Position numbers and translations under genes: made by a program. A stretch of 63,740 nt of DNA, the filler included, from Ferroacidibacillus organovorans (GTDB taxonomy: Bacteria; Bacillota; Bacilli; Alicyclobacillales; SLC66): the NCBI RefSeq assembly GCF_001642725.1. It is 3 parts of 3 records of this genome, joined end to end, with 100 filler letters (N's around TTAATTAATTAA, not from the genome) between each part and the next. Parts side by side here need not be neighbours in the genome. Positions count along the whole stretch, not along the records: positions 1 to 24,063 come from NZ_LSUQ01000038.1; positions 24,164 to 47,808 come from NZ_LSUQ01000039.1; 1 more part is not named here. One strand, given 5' to 3'. This document shows, piece by piece, positions 20,419 to 30,742 of this stretch. The notes under the pieces are model-generated. The model saw only the letters and a list, made by a program, of their open reading frames with translations. It was not told the DNA's origin and did no database searches. Within the stretch, counting starts at the first letter, position 1. Every line of letters begins with the position of its first letter.

Positions 20419-21249
20419 ATGAATCAGGTGCTGGAGCAAACATTTACTGGGAAAGTCGCGTTGGTGACAGGTGGAGGAACGGGAATTGGCAAAGGGATTG
20501 TAAAGGAACTGGCGGCGCGCGGCGCACATGTGATCATCGCCAGTCGCTCGCTGGAAAACTTGGCGCCAACCGTCGCAGAGGTTTCGGCGGAAGGAGGATC
20601 GATCGAGGCGCACATCTTGGATGTGCGAAACACCGATCAGATTGAGGCGCTGTTAAAGACGATCAAACAGACGCGCCACGGGGTGGATTTTCTCATCAAT
20701 AATGCGGCAGGGAATTTTCTCGTTCCTACGCGCAAGCTTTCGTATAACGGATGGAAGACGGTTGTCGACATTGTGTTAAACGGTACGTTTTATTGTACGA
20801 AAGTTTTTGGCGAAGACATGATTGAGCGCGGTGAAGGCGGGAAGATCATCAACATCGTAGCGACATACGCCTGGCACGGTTCGCCCGGCGTGGTGCATTC
20901 GGCGGCTGCAAAGGCAGGGGTTGTCGCCTTGACGCGCTCACTGGCAGTTGAGTGGGCGCCTTATCATCTGCAAATCAATGCGATTGCGCCAGGTCCTATC
21001 GAGGGTACAGGCGGGCAAGAGCGCCTGTTTCCAAGCGAGGTTGTTGAGGCAGTGCGTCAATCGATTCCCGCCAAACGGCTCGGGCAGACGCGCGAGATCG
21101 GCCTAGCCGCAGCCTTTTTGCTCAGTCCCGACGCCTCCTTTATCACGGGAGAAGTTCTGACGGTCGACGGCGGCGCGTGGCTTGGCAAAGGAATGTTAGA
21201 GAAGTTTGCGGATGTGCCAACCTTTCGCGGCGGTGCGCCCACAGCCTAA
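20419..21249 (+). CDS. SDR oxidoreductase, 2,4-dienoyl-CoA reductase-like
   Basis: TGGGTGIG, INNAAGNF, HSAAAKAGV, NAIAPGPIE. Confidence 0.85.
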   Translation: MNQVLEQTFTGKVALVTGGGTGIGKGIVKELAARGAHVIIASRSLENLAPTVAEVSAEGGSIEAHILDVRNTDQIEALLKTIKQTRHGVDFLINNAAGNFLVPTRKLSYNGWKTVVDIVLNGTFYCTKVFGEDMIERGEGGKIINIVATYAWHGSPGVVHSAAAKAGVVALTRSLAVEWAPYHLQINAIAPGPIEGTGGQERLFPSEVVEAVRQSIPAKRLGQTREIGLAAAFLLSPDASFITGEVLTVDGGAWLGKGMLEKFADVPTFRGGAPTA

Positions 21250-21291
21250 CCGACAGTGGGCTGAACACGCTGGACATTTCTACGATGCAGC

Positions 21292-22338
21292 TTAATCGTG
21301 TACCTTTTCGCGCGCGTGAAGCGGTGCGGCATTTCGTCCACTGCGCACAGCCATCAGTTCAGAAAGGATACTGACGGCAACCTCCTCCACGGTTTCGCTG
21401 CCAAGATCAAGACCGACCGGTGCGTGAAAAGGACCGTCGGTAAGCGACAGCTGCTGTGTTTCCAGCATCTCTCTGGTTCTTGAGAGGGGACCGAGCACGC
21501 CGATATAGCGAGGATTCGCGCGCACGGCCAGCGCAATTGACGCCTCATCGCGGGCTTGGTGGTGATTCATGACGACCCAAAACGCGTCGTTAAGCGTCGC
21601 TGGATCAACCGTGTCTGCTTCGGTCACCTGATGATTCGCATCAGGAAAGCGCTCCGCTTGGTTGAACGCGCGACGCGGATCAAGAATGGTCACCGCAAAT
21701 CCGGCTTGTTGCGCCATGCCGCATAGTGGAATCGCATCGTGGCCTGCGCCGCAGATGACAAGGTGTTCAGGCTTTCGCATCGTGTCGACATAGTATGTTT
21801 TTTGTTCTGCCGTGACGCATTCGGCGCGCGTTCTTGTCTTTTCGCGCAGGCGTCCGCACTCGATCACCTCTGGTACCAAAGGGCCCTCAGCATAGATCAG
21901 ATTGCCGCCTGAGAGGATGGCGCGGGAGCCGATTGGCAATTCCATGACCATTGTGACAGGGTAATCGCCGTCGAACGCGTCAAAGAGCGATTGATAGAAT
22001 GGGTCATCCTTCCGGACAGGCCATACCATGATCTCGACCATGCCTTTGCAGCCGATGCCAAGACTCCAGAGTTCATTCTCGCGCAAGTCGTACTTGCACA
22101 AACGCGGTCTACCATCGCTCATCGCTTCCAGCGCATAGTTTAGCAGATCACCCTCGAGGCATCCGCCGCTCAATGTGCCGTACATGGATTCGTCTTCCGC
22201 TATCATCATTTTTGCGCCAGGCTGCCGATAGGCCGAGCCGACGACGGACGTTATCGACAAAAGGCAAGCAGACTGTCCTCGCGCAAAAACTTCCTTGATG
22301 CGCGCAGCGATCGCGCGAGCCTCCAAGAGTCTGGACAA
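21292..22338 (-). CDS. XdhC/CoxI family molybdoenzyme maturation factor
   Basis: GSAYRQPGAKM, GTLSGGCLE, LGIGCKG, ICGAGHDA, APVGLDLG. Confidence 0.88.
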   Translation of the reverse strand: MSRLLEARAIAARIKEVFARGQSACLLSITSVVGSAYRQPGAKMMIAEDESMYGTLSGGCLEGDLLNYALEAMSDGRPRLCKYDLRENELWSLGIGCKGMVEIMVWPVRKDDPFYQSLFDAFDGDYPVTMVMELPIGSRAILSGGNLIYAEGPLVPEVIECGRLREKTRTRAECVTAEQKTYYVDTMRKPEHLVICGAGHDAIPLCGMAQQAGFAVTILDPRRAFNQAERFPDANHQVTEADTVDPATLNDAFWVVMNHHQARDEASIALAVRANPRYIGVLGPLSRTREMLETQQLSLTDGPFHAPVGLDLGSETVEEVAVSILSELMAVRSGRNAAPLHAREKVHD

Positions 22339-22389
22339 GATACACGCCTCTTTTCGTCATGGCTTACCTGAATGCGATCGAAAAATTCG

Positions 22390-23325
22390 TTAAGAGGTGA
22401 CGCTTTGTGCATCGTACGTGGCCTTGCAGTTTGACGAACAAAATCCATCATGCTCGTCGAGGCAGCGGTCACAACACAGATGCTGATTGTGGCAAAAATC
22501 ATATTTGCAATTGATGAACCGCTCGGTTGGCGTCTCGCAGTGGTGACAGCGGCCGACGATGACCTGATCCTCTGTATGATTGATCGGGACAGATTGCCGC
22601 TCGTCAAACACATAGCACTTGCCGTCAAACCGTGCACCCTGTGTGGCTTCATCTTTACCGTACGTCACGATCCCGCCTTCGAGTTGCGCGACATTCGTAA
22701 AACCTGCCTCAAGCAGGTAGGCGGACAGTTTTTCACAGCGAATCCCGCCTGTGCAGTACGTGAGCAGTGGGCGATCTTTTGGAATCTTCAGGTGTTCATC
22801 AATCCATGCCGGGAATTCGCGAAACGTGCTCAAATCGGGACGAATCGCACCGCGGAAGTGACCGAGGTCATACTCGTAATCGCTGCGACCGTCAAGGATG
22901 ATCGCGTCAGGCTGATTCATGGCGTCAAGCCACGCTTTGGGCGCGAGTCGGATCCCTGTCTTTTGTGTCGGATCGATCGGCACGGGAGAATCGAAACGAA
23001 CAATTTCATTGCGAAACTTCACGCTCATTTTGGGAAAGGCGTGATCGGAGGTCGCGTCTATTTTGAAAACCATCGATTGAAAACGGGGATCTGCGCGCAT
23101 CGCATCCATGTACGCAGTCGCCTGTTCGCGCGTGCCAGAGACGGTTCCGTTGATTCCTTCCGGAGCGATTAAAATGCGCCCTTTTAGCGAGAGATCCTTG
23201 CATAGATTGCGCTGCTCGTCCATGAGTGCAAGTGGGTCTTCAATCGGTGTAAAATAGTAGTAGAGAAGGATCATATAGTCCTGCTCTGCAGCGTTTTCCA
23301 GTTTGCTTGTCGTCACAGTCATCAT
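22390..23325 (-). CDS. trhO: Rhodanese-related tRNA uridine(34) hydroxylase (TrhO/YbfQ family)
   Basis: LLYYYF, KGRILIAPEGINGT, YCTGGIRCEK, GKCYVFDER. Confidence 0.85.
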   Translation of the reverse strand: MMTVTTSKLENAAEQDYMILLYYYFTPIEDPLALMDEQRNLCKDLSLKGRILIAPEGINGTVSGTREQATAYMDAMRADPRFQSMVFKIDATSDHAFPKMSVKFRNEIVRFDSPVPIDPTQKTGIRLAPKAWLDAMNQPDAIILDGRSDYEYDLGHFRGAIRPDLSTFREFPAWIDEHLKIPKDRPLLTYCTGGIRCEKLSAYLLEAGFTNVAQLEGGIVTYGKDEATQGARFDGKCYVFDERQSVPINHTEDQVIVGRCHHCETPTERFINCKYDFCHNQHLCCDRCLDEHDGFCSSNCKATYDAQSVTS

Positions 23326-23427
23326 GTCGTTCCTCGCTTCTCTGCAGTTGAACACAGGATTTGCACTGTGTTCTGTCACACCATCGTACCAGAATTCCAT
23401 AGAAACGAAAACGAGAGGATGGAATGA

Positions 23428-24063
23428 ATGAAACAAATGCCATTTCAGTCGCGCCGGAAAGTACTTTATCAAACGATGAGGGAAGGGGATCTGCTCGTCT
23501 TGTTTGCGGGGGCAGCCGTCCATCGCTCGGCAGACGCGCACTACCCGTTTTCGGTGAATCGCAATTTCTATTACCTCACGGGAATCGACGCGAAAGACGC
23601 ACGGTTGGTCGCAGTCAAAACAGGGCAGGAAATTCGCGAGACACTGTACATCGCAAGACCGGATCCGGAGCGTGAAAAGTGGGACGGGTACATGCTTACG
23701 GCAGAACAGGCGAAAGACGGATCAGGCATGGAGCGAGTCCATTTTCTGGATCAGTGGTCGGCGGCTGAGGCGGAGTGGCTGATTCACGATCATGTAAAGA
23801 CGATTCTCCTGGATCTCGAACCGCTCCATCCGGCACACGTTCACACGGATGCGCGCCACTACGCGAACGAAATGGTTGCGAAACATCCCTATCTGAGGGT
23901 TGATACGATTCACGATCAGCTTTGGAAGTTGCGTACGGTCAAGGATGAGGTAGAGATTGACGCGCTGCGCCAGGCGATTGCGATCACGCACGAGGGGCTC
24001 TCGCATATGCTTGCAGGCTTTAAACCGGGAGTGCGCGAATACGCCTTGCAAGCGCGCTTCGAC
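23428..24063 (+). CDS. Xaa-Pro aminopeptidase (N-terminal part, cut by contig end)
   Basis: AMP_N-like YPFSVNRNFYYLTGI, then LRTVKDEVEI…PGVREY; runs into the N gap. Confidence 0.8.
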
Positions 24064-24163
24064 NNNNNNNNNNNNNNNNNNNNNNNNNNNNNNNNNNNNN
24101 NNNNNNNTTAATTAATTAANNNNNNNNNNNNNNNNNNNNNNNNNNNNNNNNNNNNNNNNNNNN
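24064..24163. other. Artificial contig linker (N + TTAATTAATTAA + N)
   Basis: 100-nt spacer with an all-frame stop insert. Confidence 0.97.
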
Positions 24164-24995
24164 GGGAATTGGCACGACGAGAGGACCCGGTGAAACGCAG
24201 TTGGAGACGGATCGCCGAAAAATTCGTCGAGAAATTTCTGATTTGAAGCGCATCGTTACTGCAGAAGGGGAACGACGCCGGGAGAATCGCCGCCGCCGCA
24301 AGCGGCAAGGGGTGTACTCGATTGGCCTTGTTGGTTATACAAATGCTGGCAAGACGACGCTTCTACAAAGAATCTCCAAGCGCTACGGTGAACGGGAAGT
24401 GCGTAGTGGAAATGACCGCATTTTTGACACGCTCGATTTGACAAGTCGCCGCATCACGTATGAAGGTCGAACATGGGTAGTGACGGACACGGTCGGGTTT
24501 ATTCGCGCACTGCCACACCATCTCGTCGACGCGTTTCGCGCGACGCTTGAAGAGGCGATCGACGCGGACGTGCTACTCCACGTGGTCGATGCGCAGGATG
24601 ATGATGCGAGCGCACAGATGAGCACGGTGTATCACGTGCTCGACAAAGAATTAAAGAGTGTGGCGCCTGTCATTACGGTGTTGAATCAAAAAAGAAATTC
24701 ACCGCTTGCGGTTCACGGTGATCCGAAAGCAAAGCGCGTCGTTGCTGGGGATGTAACAGATGAAGAGACGCTTGCTAAGCTTATGCGCGTAATTGACGAA
24801 CTGCTTGGTGTGCGCGTTCATCTCCGCCTGCGCGTTCCTTCTGAGCGAGGCGATCTGATTGCCCGCGCGTATCGCTCAGGTTTTGTAGAAAATATGAGTG
24901 ACGAGGCGGATTCGTTTCACTTTGATCTGCAAGTCGACGCGCGCGACGCGTCTCTGTTTTTGCCGTTTGTTGAGAGTGCCTATTCTGCGGAGTGA
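24164..24995 (+). CDS. hflX: GTPase HflX (5' part lost in gap)
   Basis: GIGTTRGPGETQLETDRR, GYTNAGKTT, FDTLD, DTVGFIRALPHHLVDAFRATLEE; syntenic with ynbB-glnRA. Confidence 0.9.
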
Positions 24996-25021
24996 GTTAG
25001 CTTTGACGTGTTGTCAGGAGT

Positions 25022-26272
25022 GTGAGCATGGTACTTGAGGAACGGCGCGCCTTATGGCGCGCGATTGAAAATGAGATTGCCCCCCAGTGTGCACAAATTG
25101 ATGAATTGGTTGATTTCAATCAGGAAAAGGTGTTGAACGCGTTTCAGGCGGCGCACCTTTCCGATGCGCATCTTTTCGGATCGACCGGGTACGGATACTC
25201 CGACCGGGGACGCGAACAGCTCGATTACGTTTTTGCGCGAGCGTTTGGCGCGGATCGGGCGATTGTTCGCGCGAGCATCGCCTCGGGAACGCACGCGCTT
25301 AGTATCGCGTTTTTTGGCTTGCTGCGTCCGGGAGATGAACTGCTTTACGCGACGGGTGAGCCTTACGATACGCTCGCTCCAGTCATCGGACTGCGCGGAA
25401 AAGGCATGGGTTCGCTGCGTGAGTTTGGTGTGACCTTCAATTCCGTTTCACTCACTGAAACTGGCCATCTTGATCTGGCGGGAATTCTCGCCGCGGTGAA
25501 ACCGCAAACGAGGGTAATCGCGTTTCAGCGCTCGGCTGGCTATGCGTGGCGGCGCGCGCTATCGATCGCAGAACTTCGTTTGGCGTTTGCGGCGCTCCGG
25601 CGCGCGCATCCACATGTGTTCGTACTCGTGGACAATTGCTACGGTGAGTTTACAGAAGAAAAAGAGCCGACAGATGTAGGCGCTGATGTCATTGTAGGGT
25701 CACTGATTAAAAATCCGGGTGGGGGCATCGCTCCGACTGGAGGCTACATCGCCGGGACAAATGAGGCGATAGAGATGATCAGTTATCGCGTCACAGCGCC
25801 TGGAATTGGCAGTGAGGCGGGATCGTATGAGAATTATCGCTTATTTTTTCAAGGGTTATATCTCGCGCCTCACGTGGTTGGACAAGCGCTGAAAGGGTCG
25901 GTGTTTGCGGCTGCGCTGCTCGCGAAAAATGGGTATTCATGCGAACCGGCAGCGGATATTCTTCCGCGCGATCTCGTTCTTAAAATAAACCTGAAAACGC
26001 CAGAGCGACTGCTCGCGTTTTGTCGCGCGATTCAGGCGAACTCTCCGATTGACGCGCACGTCAGGCCTGAACCGTGGGCGATGCCTGGGTACGAAGATCC
26101 GGTCATCATGGCGGCAGGCGCTTTTGTACAGGGCTCTTCCCTTGAATTGTCGGCAGATGGACCTTTGCGTTCACCTTACACGGTCTATCTGCAAGGTGGA
26201 CTGACGTATGCGCACGTTAAACTTGCCGTGACGGCAGCTGTCGATGCGATGTCGTCGGGAAACCTTACATAG
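25022..26272 (+). CDS. YnbB-like PLP enzyme (methionine gamma-lyase / aluminium-resistance family)
   Basis: STGYGYSDRGR, VDNCYGEF, GSLIKNPGGG, YLQGGLT. Confidence 0.9.
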   Translation: MSMVLEERRALWRAIENEIAPQCAQIDELVDFNQEKVLNAFQAAHLSDAHLFGSTGYGYSDRGREQLDYVFARAFGADRAIVRASIASGTHALSIAFFGLLRPGDELLYATGEPYDTLAPVIGLRGKGMGSLREFGVTFNSVSLTETGHLDLAGILAAVKPQTRVIAFQRSAGYAWRRALSIAELRLAFAALRRAHPHVFVLVDNCYGEFTEEKEPTDVGADVIVGSLIKNPGGGIAPTGGYIAGTNEAIEMISYRVTAPGIGSEAGSYENYRLFFQGLYLAPHVVGQALKGSVFAAALLAKNGYSCEPAADILPRDLVLKINLKTPERLLAFCRAIQANSPIDAHVRPEPWAMPGYEDPVIMAAGAFVQGSSLELSADGPLRSPYTVYLQGGLTYAHVKLAVTAAVDAMSSGNLT

Positions 26273-26314
26273 CCCTAACTTGAGATTGACCTGTCTTGGG
26301 ATGGGTGATACATT
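26253..26314 (+). promoter_or_regulatory. glnRA promoter with GlnR/TnrA-type box
   Basis: cGTCg-GGAAACC-TTACA (26253-26269, near TGTNA-N7-TNACA), then TTGACC (26286) and 17 bp to TG-n-TACATT (26309). Confidence 0.6.
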
Positions 26315-26347
26315 GTGATCAGAAGGAAAAGGTTCGGAGGTCCATGA

Positions 26348-26755
26348 ATGGATGACGCGACGAGGAGAAATCTGGCTCTTTTTCCAATCGGAATCGTACA
26401 GCGATTGACCGATTTGACGGCGCGACAAATTCGTTATTATGAACAAAATGAATTGATTCATCCTGAGCGAACGGATGGAAATCAACGATTATTTTCGTTT
26501 AACGATGTTGAACGGTTATTGGAAATTAAGAGCCTAATCGATAAAGGACTCAACATCGCTGGGATCAAGGCGATGATTCATAAAAATGACCCTGGTCAGA
26601 CGGGCGCGATTCAGCGACCGGAAGCGACGCCGGAGCTTACAGATACGCAACTGCATGAACTGCTCATGCGAGAAATTTCGGAAGGGCAAGACTATCCGGG
26701 AGTAAAAACGTCGATGATTCAGGGTGAATTGTCTCGCTTTTTTCATAAATCCTAA
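26348..26755 (+). CDS. glnR: Glutamine synthetase repressor GlnR (MerR family)
   Basis: LFPIGIVQRLTDLTARQIRYYE…QRLFSFNDV; C-terminal QGELSRFF; directly upstream of glnA. Confidence 0.93.
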   Translation: MDDATRRNLALFPIGIVQRLTDLTARQIRYYEQNELIHPERTDGNQRLFSFNDVERLLEIKSLIDKGLNIAGIKAMIHKNDPGQTGAIQRPEATPELTDTQLHELLMREISEGQDYPGVKTSMIQGELSRFFHKS

Positions 26756-26773
26756 CCTAAAAGGGTGAACGTT

Positions 26774-28111
26774 TTGCAGCGCTCGTACACGAGAGACGAT
26801 ATTCGTCGCATGGCTAAAGAGCAGGATGTGCGTTATTTACGCTTGCAATTTACCGATCTGCTTGGTGTCATTAAAAATGTGGAAGTGCCAATCAGTCAGT
26901 TGGAAAAAGCGCTTGACAACCGGATCATGTTTGACGGTTCTTCGATTGAGGGATTCGTGCGCATTGAAGAATCGGATATGTACCTCTATCCGGATCTGTC
27001 AACCTGGCTCGTATTTCCTTGGCAGAGCGGAGGTGGAAGCGTCGCTCGGTTGATCTGCGACATCTACCTACCGGACGGTAGTCCATTTCCTGGCGATCCG
27101 CGCGGTATCTTGAAGCGCGCGCTTGCCCACGCGGAGCGACTCGGTTTCACCTCGATGAACGTGGGGTCTGAGCCGGAGTTTTTTCTCTTTAAAATAGATG
27201 AAGCGGGAAACGCCACGACAGAAGTGAATGATCAAGGGGGTTATTTTGATCTGGCGCCAGTCGATCTTGGAGAAAACTGTCGACGAGAGATTGTATTGGT
27301 GCTTGAATCGCTCGGCTTTGAGATTGAGGCGTCCCATCACGAGGTAGCACCCGGTCAGCACGAAATCGACTTTCGCTATACAAGTGCGCTTCAGGCGGCC
27401 GATCAGATTATGACATTTAAACTGGTTGTCAAAACGGTGGCGCGGCAGTTTGGATTGCACGCAACGTTTATGCCAAAGCCGCTGTATGGTGTAAACGGCT
27501 CAGGCATGCATTGTCATCAGTCGCTCTTTATTGGAAGCAACAACGCGTTTTATGATGAGGTGGATGAACTTGGGCTGAGTCAGACTGCACGCCATTACTT
27601 GGCAGGCATTTTATATCACGCAAAAGGATTCACTGCGATTACCAATCCAATTGTCAATTCGTACAAACGACTTGTGCCGGGCTATGAGGCACCTTGCTAT
27701 ATCGCGTGGTCGGCTAAAAACCGCAGTCCGCTCGTTCGTATTCCGGCAGCCCGCGGCGTCTCGACGCGACTTGAGTTGCGCAGTCCAGACGCGGCGACCA
27801 ACCCCTACCTCGCGATCGCATGCATGCTTCGCGCGGGGCTTGACGGGATTGAGCAAAAACGCATGCTGCCACTTCCTGTGAATCGCAACATCTACGTGAT
27901 GAATGAAATGGAGCGCGTTCGCTCAGGCATCCTCAGCTTGCCTTCAAGCTTACGTGATGCGTTGGATGATTTGGCGAATGACGATGTTATTCGCGACACC
28001 CTTGGAGAACACGCGTACCGTCATTTTTATGAAGCGAAGATGATCGAGTGGGATATGTTTCGAACGACGGTTCATCCGTGGGAGAGAGAGCAGTATCTCT
28101 CGCTGTATTGA
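26774..28111 (+). CDS. glnA: Type I glutamine synthetase
   Basis: [53 protein letters not shown]; likely TTG start. Confidence 0.97.
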   Translation: MQRSYTRDDIRRMAKEQDVRYLRLQFTDLLGVIKNVEVPISQLEKALDNRIMFDGSSIEGFVRIEESDMYLYPDLSTWLVFPWQSGGGSVARLICDIYLPDGSPFPGDPRGILKRALAHAERLGFTSMNVGSEPEFFLFKIDEAGNATTEVNDQGGYFDLAPVDLGENCRREIVLVLESLGFEIEASHHEVAPGQHEIDFRYTSALQAADQIMTFKLVVKTVARQFGLHATFMPKPLYGVNGSGMHCHQSLFIGSNNAFYDEVDELGLSQTARHYLAGILYHAKGFTAITNPIVNSYKRLVPGYEAPCYIAWSAKNRSPLVRIPAARGVSTRLELRSPDAATNPYLAIACMLRAGLDGIEQKRMLPLPVNRNIYVMNEMERVRSGILSLPSSLRDALDDLANDDVIRDTLGEHAYRHFYEAKMIEWDMFRTTVHPWEREQYLSLY

Positions 28112-28178
28112 GCGAAACGTATGAACGGGCATTTCCCGTTTTTAAGGATGGAGTGAGACGTGTCACATCCTTTTTTTC

Positions 28179-28225
28179 TGAACTCAAAGAGACAGGGGGC
28201 AGCACCCCCTGTCTCTTTGAGTTCA
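28179..28225. terminator. Long perfect hairpin between convergent glnA and lexA
   Basis: TGAACTCAAAGAGACAGGGGG-CAGCA-CCCCCTGTCTCTTTGAGTTCA, 21-bp stem. Confidence 0.7.
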
Positions 28226-28251
28226 AAGCGATTGGCTTTTTCCTGACATCC

Positions 28252-28860
28252 TTAAAAAAGATTGCGATAAAGCCCGATCACTTTTCCGAGAATGGTTACT
28301 TGATTAAAAAAGAGAGGCTGCATGGTTGCGTTTTCAGGTTGCAGTCGAATGCGTTCTTGTTCTTTAAAGAATCGTTTTACCGTTGCCTCCCCTTCATCAG
28401 ACATTGCGACAACGATATCTCCGTTGTCAGCCGTTTGCTGCCGCTTCACATACACGAGATCTCCGTCAAGAATGCCCGCATCCACCATGCTTTCGCCACT
28501 GACGCGAAGTGCGAACAATTCGCTCGCTGTGCGGTGGTAGGGAGGGATGGGCAAATAATCTTCAACCTCTTCGATCGCTGTTATCGGCAATCCTGCAGTC
28601 ACGCGCCCCACAAGTGGCACGCCGACAATGGGCACGGACGTTTCATCGACAATCTCTATGGCGCGCGGTTTTGTCGGATCGCGTTTAATCAATCCGCGAT
28701 CTTCGAGTTTAGCGAGATGCGCATGGACGGTCGACGTGCTAGAGAGTCCCATCGCCTCTCCAATCTCGCGCACAGAAGGTGGATATCCCCGCTTTGAGAC
28801 GACCTGCTTTAGATAAATCAAAATCTCATCTTGTTTTCTTAATCCGTTGATTCTTGTCAA
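28252..28860 (-). CDS. lexA: SOS repressor LexA
   Basis: [23 protein letters not shown] (Ala-Gly cleavage site), GESM, ATVKRF. Confidence 0.96.
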   Translation of the reverse strand: MTRINGLRKQDEILIYLKQVVSKRGYPPSVREIGEAMGLSSTSTVHAHLAKLEDRGLIKRDPTKPRAIEIVDETSVPIVGVPLVGRVTAGLPITAIEEVEDYLPIPPYHRTASELFALRVSGESMVDAGILDGDLVYVKRQQTADNGDIVVAMSDEGEATVKRFFKEQERIRLQPENATMQPLFFNQVTILGKVIGLYRNLF

Positions 28861-28970
28861 GGAGAGAGCTCCTTTACGATTTCACACGATCATTGTCAGA
28901 ATTACACTCGATTAGAATATACAAATCTGTGTGCTTTCAGGTAAATTATATCATGAATGGGTACATCACT

Positions 28971-28984
28971 CAAACGTGTGTTCG
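28971..28984. promoter_or_regulatory. LexA (Cheo) box
   Basis: CAAACGTGTGTTCG versus CGAAC-N4-GTTCG, upstream of lexA. Confidence 0.7.
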
Positions 28985-29302
28985 ATGCGCAACGCGAATG
29001 ATAGATATGGAAGAGGAGGGAGCGCGATCGTCTATTTCTTGTGTTGGTGCCTTGCGCTGTCTACACTCTCCTTTTTTCTTATGCTGTATGATAAACGCGC
29101 GTCAAAACGGCGTAAACGTCGAAGAATTCGCGAGCGCACTCTGCTCCTGCTCACTGTGGGAGGTGGCGGATTAGGGACGTGGATTGCCATGAGGGTATTT
29201 CACCACAAAACAAGGCACACCTCGTTTCGGATTATGGCGCCTGTCAGTTCAATCGGGTGGACGGTACTCGCACTGTACCTTCTCGATCGAGGCATTCTAT
29301 GA
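28985..29302 (+). CDS. DUF1294 (YsdA-like) membrane protein
   Basis: YDKRASK…RIRERTLLLL…GGGLG…FHHKTRH; start uncertain (ATG 28985 or ATC 29027). Confidence 0.8.
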   Translation: MRNANDRYGRGGSAIVYFLCWCLALSTLSFFLMLYDKRASKRRKRRRIRERTLLLLTVGGGGLGTWIAMRVFHHKTRHTSFRIMAPVSSIGWTVLALYLLDRGIL

Positions 29303-29322
29303 GGCGTATAAAGCGCTGCGCC

Positions 29323-29355
29323 TGTCAGGATCTTGTCAGCTTTTCGGGCGATAAT
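29323..29355 (+). promoter_or_regulatory. OmpR-type direct-repeat box and -10
   Basis: TGTCAG-GATCT-TGTCAG, then 10 bp, then GATAAT. Confidence 0.55.
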
Positions 29356-29388
29356 GCTTTTGTTGAAGTTTGCGTTGAGGTGATTGTC

Positions 29389-29661
29389 ATGGGTATCGCT
29401 TGGAACCGAATTCCACTTCTAGCCGTCGTACTGGGCATTGGCCTTACAGCCGGATTAACGTATGCTAAGAGTGGAATTGGGTATGTTCCACTACCGCAGA
29501 CGGCGCAGGGATCACAGGCGTCAGCAGCTACACAACCGCTCCTTTTGGATATCGAAAGGATGCAGCAGCAATTGAGCGCGTTACAAACCAATTACCAATC
29601 CCGTATTCAACAATTGGCGAGTGAGGGACTGATTCAACTTCAATCGTCAGGGCAGAATTAA
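29389..29661 (+). CDS. Small membrane-anchored Gln-rich coiled-coil protein
   Basis: GAGGTG RBS; N-terminal TM, then IERMQQQLSALQTNYQSRIQQL. Confidence 0.65.
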   Translation: MGIAWNRIPLLAVVLGIGLTAGLTYAKSGIGYVPLPQTAQGSQASAATQPLLLDIERMQQQLSALQTNYQSRIQQLASEGLIQLQSSGQN

Positions 29662-29693
29662 GAGACGGGCGAAGCGCTGAGAGGTTGAGCCTT

Positions 29694-30053
29694 ATGAAAA
29701 AGACGAACAGGGTGTCACGCGTTTTAAGTCACAGCATGTTGTGGGGGATCATCGTCGTCGCCTTTTTAACGACGTATCAGTTGGGCATCAGCGCCGTAAC
29801 CCCTATGATCCATGCGATTCAAGCGAATAAAAACGGGAAAAGCGCGACGAGTTCTGCGCAGTATCGACAGTTGTCACAAACGGACAAGGCGCTACACGCG
29901 CAGTGGAATAAAGACGTCGCGTTTATTCAGTCTGTGAATGCGCAGCTTCGCTCAGCGGGACTTCCAACAGTACCCATCTCTGGACAGGTTGTCACTGCTC
30001 CCGCCGCAGTCGCTGCAGCTCCCCCTGTACAGGCGACGACAAGTGCTTCATGA
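29694..30053 (+). CDS. Membrane-anchored protein with coiled coil, Pro/Ala linker and C-terminal ATTSAS
   Basis: Single TM, helical segment, APAAVAAAPPVQATTSAS end. Confidence 0.7.
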   Translation: MKKTNRVSRVLSHSMLWGIIVVAFLTTYQLGISAVTPMIHAIQANKNGKSATSSAQYRQLSQTDKALHAQWNKDVAFIQSVNAQLRSAGLPTVPISGQVVTAPAAVAAAPPVQATTSAS

Positions 30054-30080
30054 GGGGGCTTTGAAAGGATCAATTTAGAG

Positions 30081-30731
30081 ATGAAATCATTAGGGACTGT
30101 TCTATATACTGGATTCTTTAGTGTTTTGTTCATCGCGCTTGTTGTTTTCGCAACGCATACAAATGCGGGCGCCTATGCCCGGATGACGCCCTGGCTGCTC
30201 GCGCGCGCAGCCGGAATTACCGCGTATGTATTAATGACCGTCCTCGTGCTTTTTGGTTTGATTTTATCCAGTGCACCAAATAAAGAGGCGTTAAAAGGAA
30301 CGAAATATCTTTTGCCGATTCACAGGCTCTTGAGCCTGTTTCTTATTTATTTTTTAGTGATTCATGTGGTGTCCTTACTCCTTGACGCCTATGCGCATGT
30401 CAATGTGGTGGGAGCGCTCATTCCTTTTACCGCAGGGTATCGTCCGCTCTACGTTGGAATCGGCACGCTCGCGCTTTACGCGACAATCTTCATGGGTGGC
30501 ACGGCGCGCTTTACGCGTATTCTGCCGCGCGGCAGATGGCTGAGCGTACATCGCGTTGCACTTGTCACATGGGTTTTATCCTTTTTACACGGTGTGATGG
30601 CAGGCAGTGACAGTCGCTCGCTGACGATCCTCTATCAGGGGAGTCTGCTCGCAGTCGTTGCCATGGTCATTCTTCGCTATGTTTTTGTGAGCAGTCGCCG
30701 CAATCGAGATCAAGCACGCGGTCGTCTCTAG
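30081..30731 (+). CDS. Ferric reductase-like transmembrane (MsrQ-like heme b) protein
   Basis: WLLARAAGITAY and four His in TM helices (IHRLL, VIHV, WLSVHR, FLHG). Confidence 0.78.
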   Translation: MKSLGTVLYTGFFSVLFIALVVFATHTNAGAYARMTPWLLARAAGITAYVLMTVLVLFGLILSSAPNKEALKGTKYLLPIHRLLSLFLIYFLVIHVVSLLLDAYAHVNVVGALIPFTAGYRPLYVGIGTLALYATIFMGGTARFTRILPRGRWLSVHRVALVTWVLSFLHGVMAGSDSRSLTILYQGSLLAVVAMVILRYVFVSSRRNRDQARGRL

Positions 30732-30742
30732 GGAGGATCATC

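Noticed and set aside
24064..24163. TTAATTAATTAA palindrome inside N runs (also 47809-47908)
   Set aside because: Artificial contig linker; gene adjacency across it has no biological meaning.
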